Part shown: piece by piece, positions 47,360 to 49,303 of the stretch
Layout: each line of letters begins with the position of its first letter
Position numbering within the stretch: position 1 is the first letter of the stretch
Assembly: GCA_002269645.1 (NCBI GenBank)
Contig: NIVC01004347.1
Coordinates: 1 to 49,303 of the forward strand
Reading direction: 5' to 3'
Length of the DNA stretch: 49,303 nucleotides
Origin: Macrostomum lignano
Taxonomy: Eukaryota
The notes under the pieces: generated by a model
Database searches by the model: none
The model's input: the letters and a program-made list of their open reading frames with translations, nothing else
Told to the model about the DNA's origin: nothing
Position numbers and translations under genes: made by a program

Positions 47360-48050
47360 TGTTTGTGACACTGTTTGTGGCACTGTTTGTGGCACTGTTT
47401 GTGGCACTGTTTGTGGCACTGTTTGTGGCACTGTTTGTGGCACTGTTTGTGGCACTGTTTGTGGCACTGTTTGTGGCACTGTTTGTGGCACTGTTTGTGG
47501 CGCTGTTTGTGACACTGTTTGTGGCACTGTTTGTGGCACTGTTTGTGGCACTGTTTGTGGCACTGTTTGTGGCGCTGTTTGTGACACTGTTTGTGGCACT
47601 GTTTGTGGCACTGTTTGTGGCACAGTTTGTGACACTGTTTGTGACACTGTTTGTGGCACTGTTTGTGACACTGTTTGTGGCACTGTTTGTGGCACTGTTT
47701 GTGGCACTGTTTGTGGCACTGTTTGTGGCACTGTTTGTGGCACTGTTTGTGGCACTGTTTGTGGCACTGTTTGTGGCACTGTTTGTGGCACTGTTTGTGA
47801 CACTGTTTGTGGCACTGTTTGTGACACTGTTTTTGGCACTGTTTGTGGCACTGTTTGTGGCACTGTTTGTGACACTGTTTGTGGCACTGTTTGTGACACT
47901 GTTTGTGGCTCTGTTTGTGGCTCTGTTTGTGGCACTGTTTGTGGCACTGTTTGTGGCACTGTTTGTGGCACAGTTTGTGACACTGTTTGTGGCTCTGTTT
48001 GTGGCTCTGTTTGTGGCACTGTTTGTGGCACTGTTTGTGGCACTGTTTGT
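47360..48050. repeat. 12-bp minisatellite (CTGTTTGTGGCA) downstream of the FSIP1 stop
   Basis: About 57 units, in register across 60-base lines. Confidence 0.95.
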
Positions 48051-48649
48051 GGTCCTATTCTAAGGAAACGCTTTCCCAAATCCAATTGATGCTCTGCAGA
48101 AAATATTACTAAATTTCTTGTCAAGTCAGTTTTAGATTCAAACACCTATTTCACAATAGTGCTTGCTCTCGTTGATAAGCTTCAATGCTGAACTGTCTGG
48201 CACCTGTTCTTCTGGCACCAATTGCTTCTTCTTTCTGTGTTTGACAGCAAAATTGCATTTATTGCCTATGAACATATCTTGATATCTTTGTACACTCCTA
48301 TTGTACTGACTTTAATTGATTGACTGGTTCCCAAATATGCCAGCTATATTTGAATCGGGCTGCTGGTGTTAATCCTAGCTTTTGTTTCCGTTCAATCAAG
48401 CTTTATAAATAAAATCACTGGCTGATTGAAGCGGCCGATTCTGCCTATTTTGACAAAAACACAGTTCTTGTCACTGCCTGATTACCTGCGTATTGCTACT
48501 TGAAGTAGACAAACTGAATATTTGCAACTTCAAAAATCATTTTCACTTCCAAAATTTAAATTCAAAAACTTTTGTTTGTGAGTTGTCTGAAACTATGAAG
48601 AAATTATGCGTCGACCGAATTCTACCGGAAATTCCCCCAACAGGGAATT

Positions 48650-49240
48650 CTCTCTGAAATGACCCCACCCGAAGAATTCCCCCAAAATCCCCATCCCAGT
48701 GAATTCCCCTCAAAATTACCCCAATGTCAGAGAATGCCCTCAGTATTACCCTACCAATTTTTATTTTTTATTTTTTATACCCCTACCCCTACCCATAGAA
48801 TTACCCTCAAGGATACCCATCCAGCGAATTCCATCAAGATACCTACCCAGAGAAGTTCTCTCAAAATTACCCCACCCCAGAGAATTCCCCTCAAAGATAC
48901 CCCACCCCAGAGAATTCCCTCAAAGATACCCCACCCAGAGAAATTCCCTCAAAATTACCCCACCCCAGAGAATTCCCTCAAAGATACCCCAGCCCAGAGA
49001 ATTCCCCTCAAAGATACCCCACCTCAGAGAATTCCCTCAAAGATACCCTACTCCAGAGAAGTTCCCTTAAAATTACCCCACCCCAGAGAATTCCCCTCAA
49101 AGATACCCCACCCCAGAGAAGTTCCTCAAAATTACCCCACCCCAGAAAATTCCCCTCAAAGATACCCCACCCCAGAGAATGTCCTCAAAATTACCCTACC
49201 ATAAAATTACCCTCAGGATACCACCGCAGAGAATTCTCCC
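48650..49240. repeat. About 30-31-bp minisatellite (CCCAGAGAATTCCCCTCAAAGATACCCCAC)
   Basis: Degenerate tandem units. Confidence 0.85.
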
Positions 49241-49303
49241 CGAAATTTCCCCAGGCGCAATTCCCCGATTAATTCCATCCTTAGAGATCTCCCCCCTCAT
49301 TTA

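Noticed and set aside
47318-48145. (QTVP)n mucin-like ORF on the minus strand, with an acceptor-like TTTTCTGCAG upstream of the repeat
   Set aside because: A 12-bp array that is also open on the plus strand; I could not build a convincing upstream exon chain. RNA-seq would settle it.

Overview
Eukaryotic (invertebrate animal) genomic DNA with GC-rich exons, GT-AG introns inflated by minisatellites, and many small transposon relics. The style resembles the flatworm Macrostomum, but that is an unverified inference. Four host genes can be rebuilt by hand from splice phases. (1) The 3' six exons of an ether-a-go-go (Kv10/KCNH1/5-type) potassium channel (+, 667-10020); its first visible exon has three single-base deletions at short C/G runs. 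(2) A complete 4-exon, about 2097-aa secreted vitellogenin-type large lipid transfer protein (+, 18572-25719) whose C-terminus appears to carry three tandem VWD-like repeats instead of one. (3) An 11-exon, about 611-aa coiled-coil protein with an N-myristoylation-type start (-, 38721-27479). (4) A 7-exon FSIP1 homologue (+, 40804-47189), divergent from gene 3. The standout accessory element is a complete 3617-bp DNA transposon (27635-31251) in the last intron of gene 3. It has about 158-bp TIRs starting CACGGTG (one mismatch from the RSS heptamer), a 3-bp CCC target duplication, and an uninterrupted 673-aa Chapaev-type DDE transposase with RAG1-like N-terminal zinc finger and core motifs; a Harbinger-like MITE is nested inside it. 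Also present are a hAT-like non-autonomous element with an 8-bp TSD, two tRNA-derived SINE families, a 3.6-kb 23-bp satellite with higher-order structure, and more than 15 other minisatellites. All calls come from manual reading; no database searches were run.
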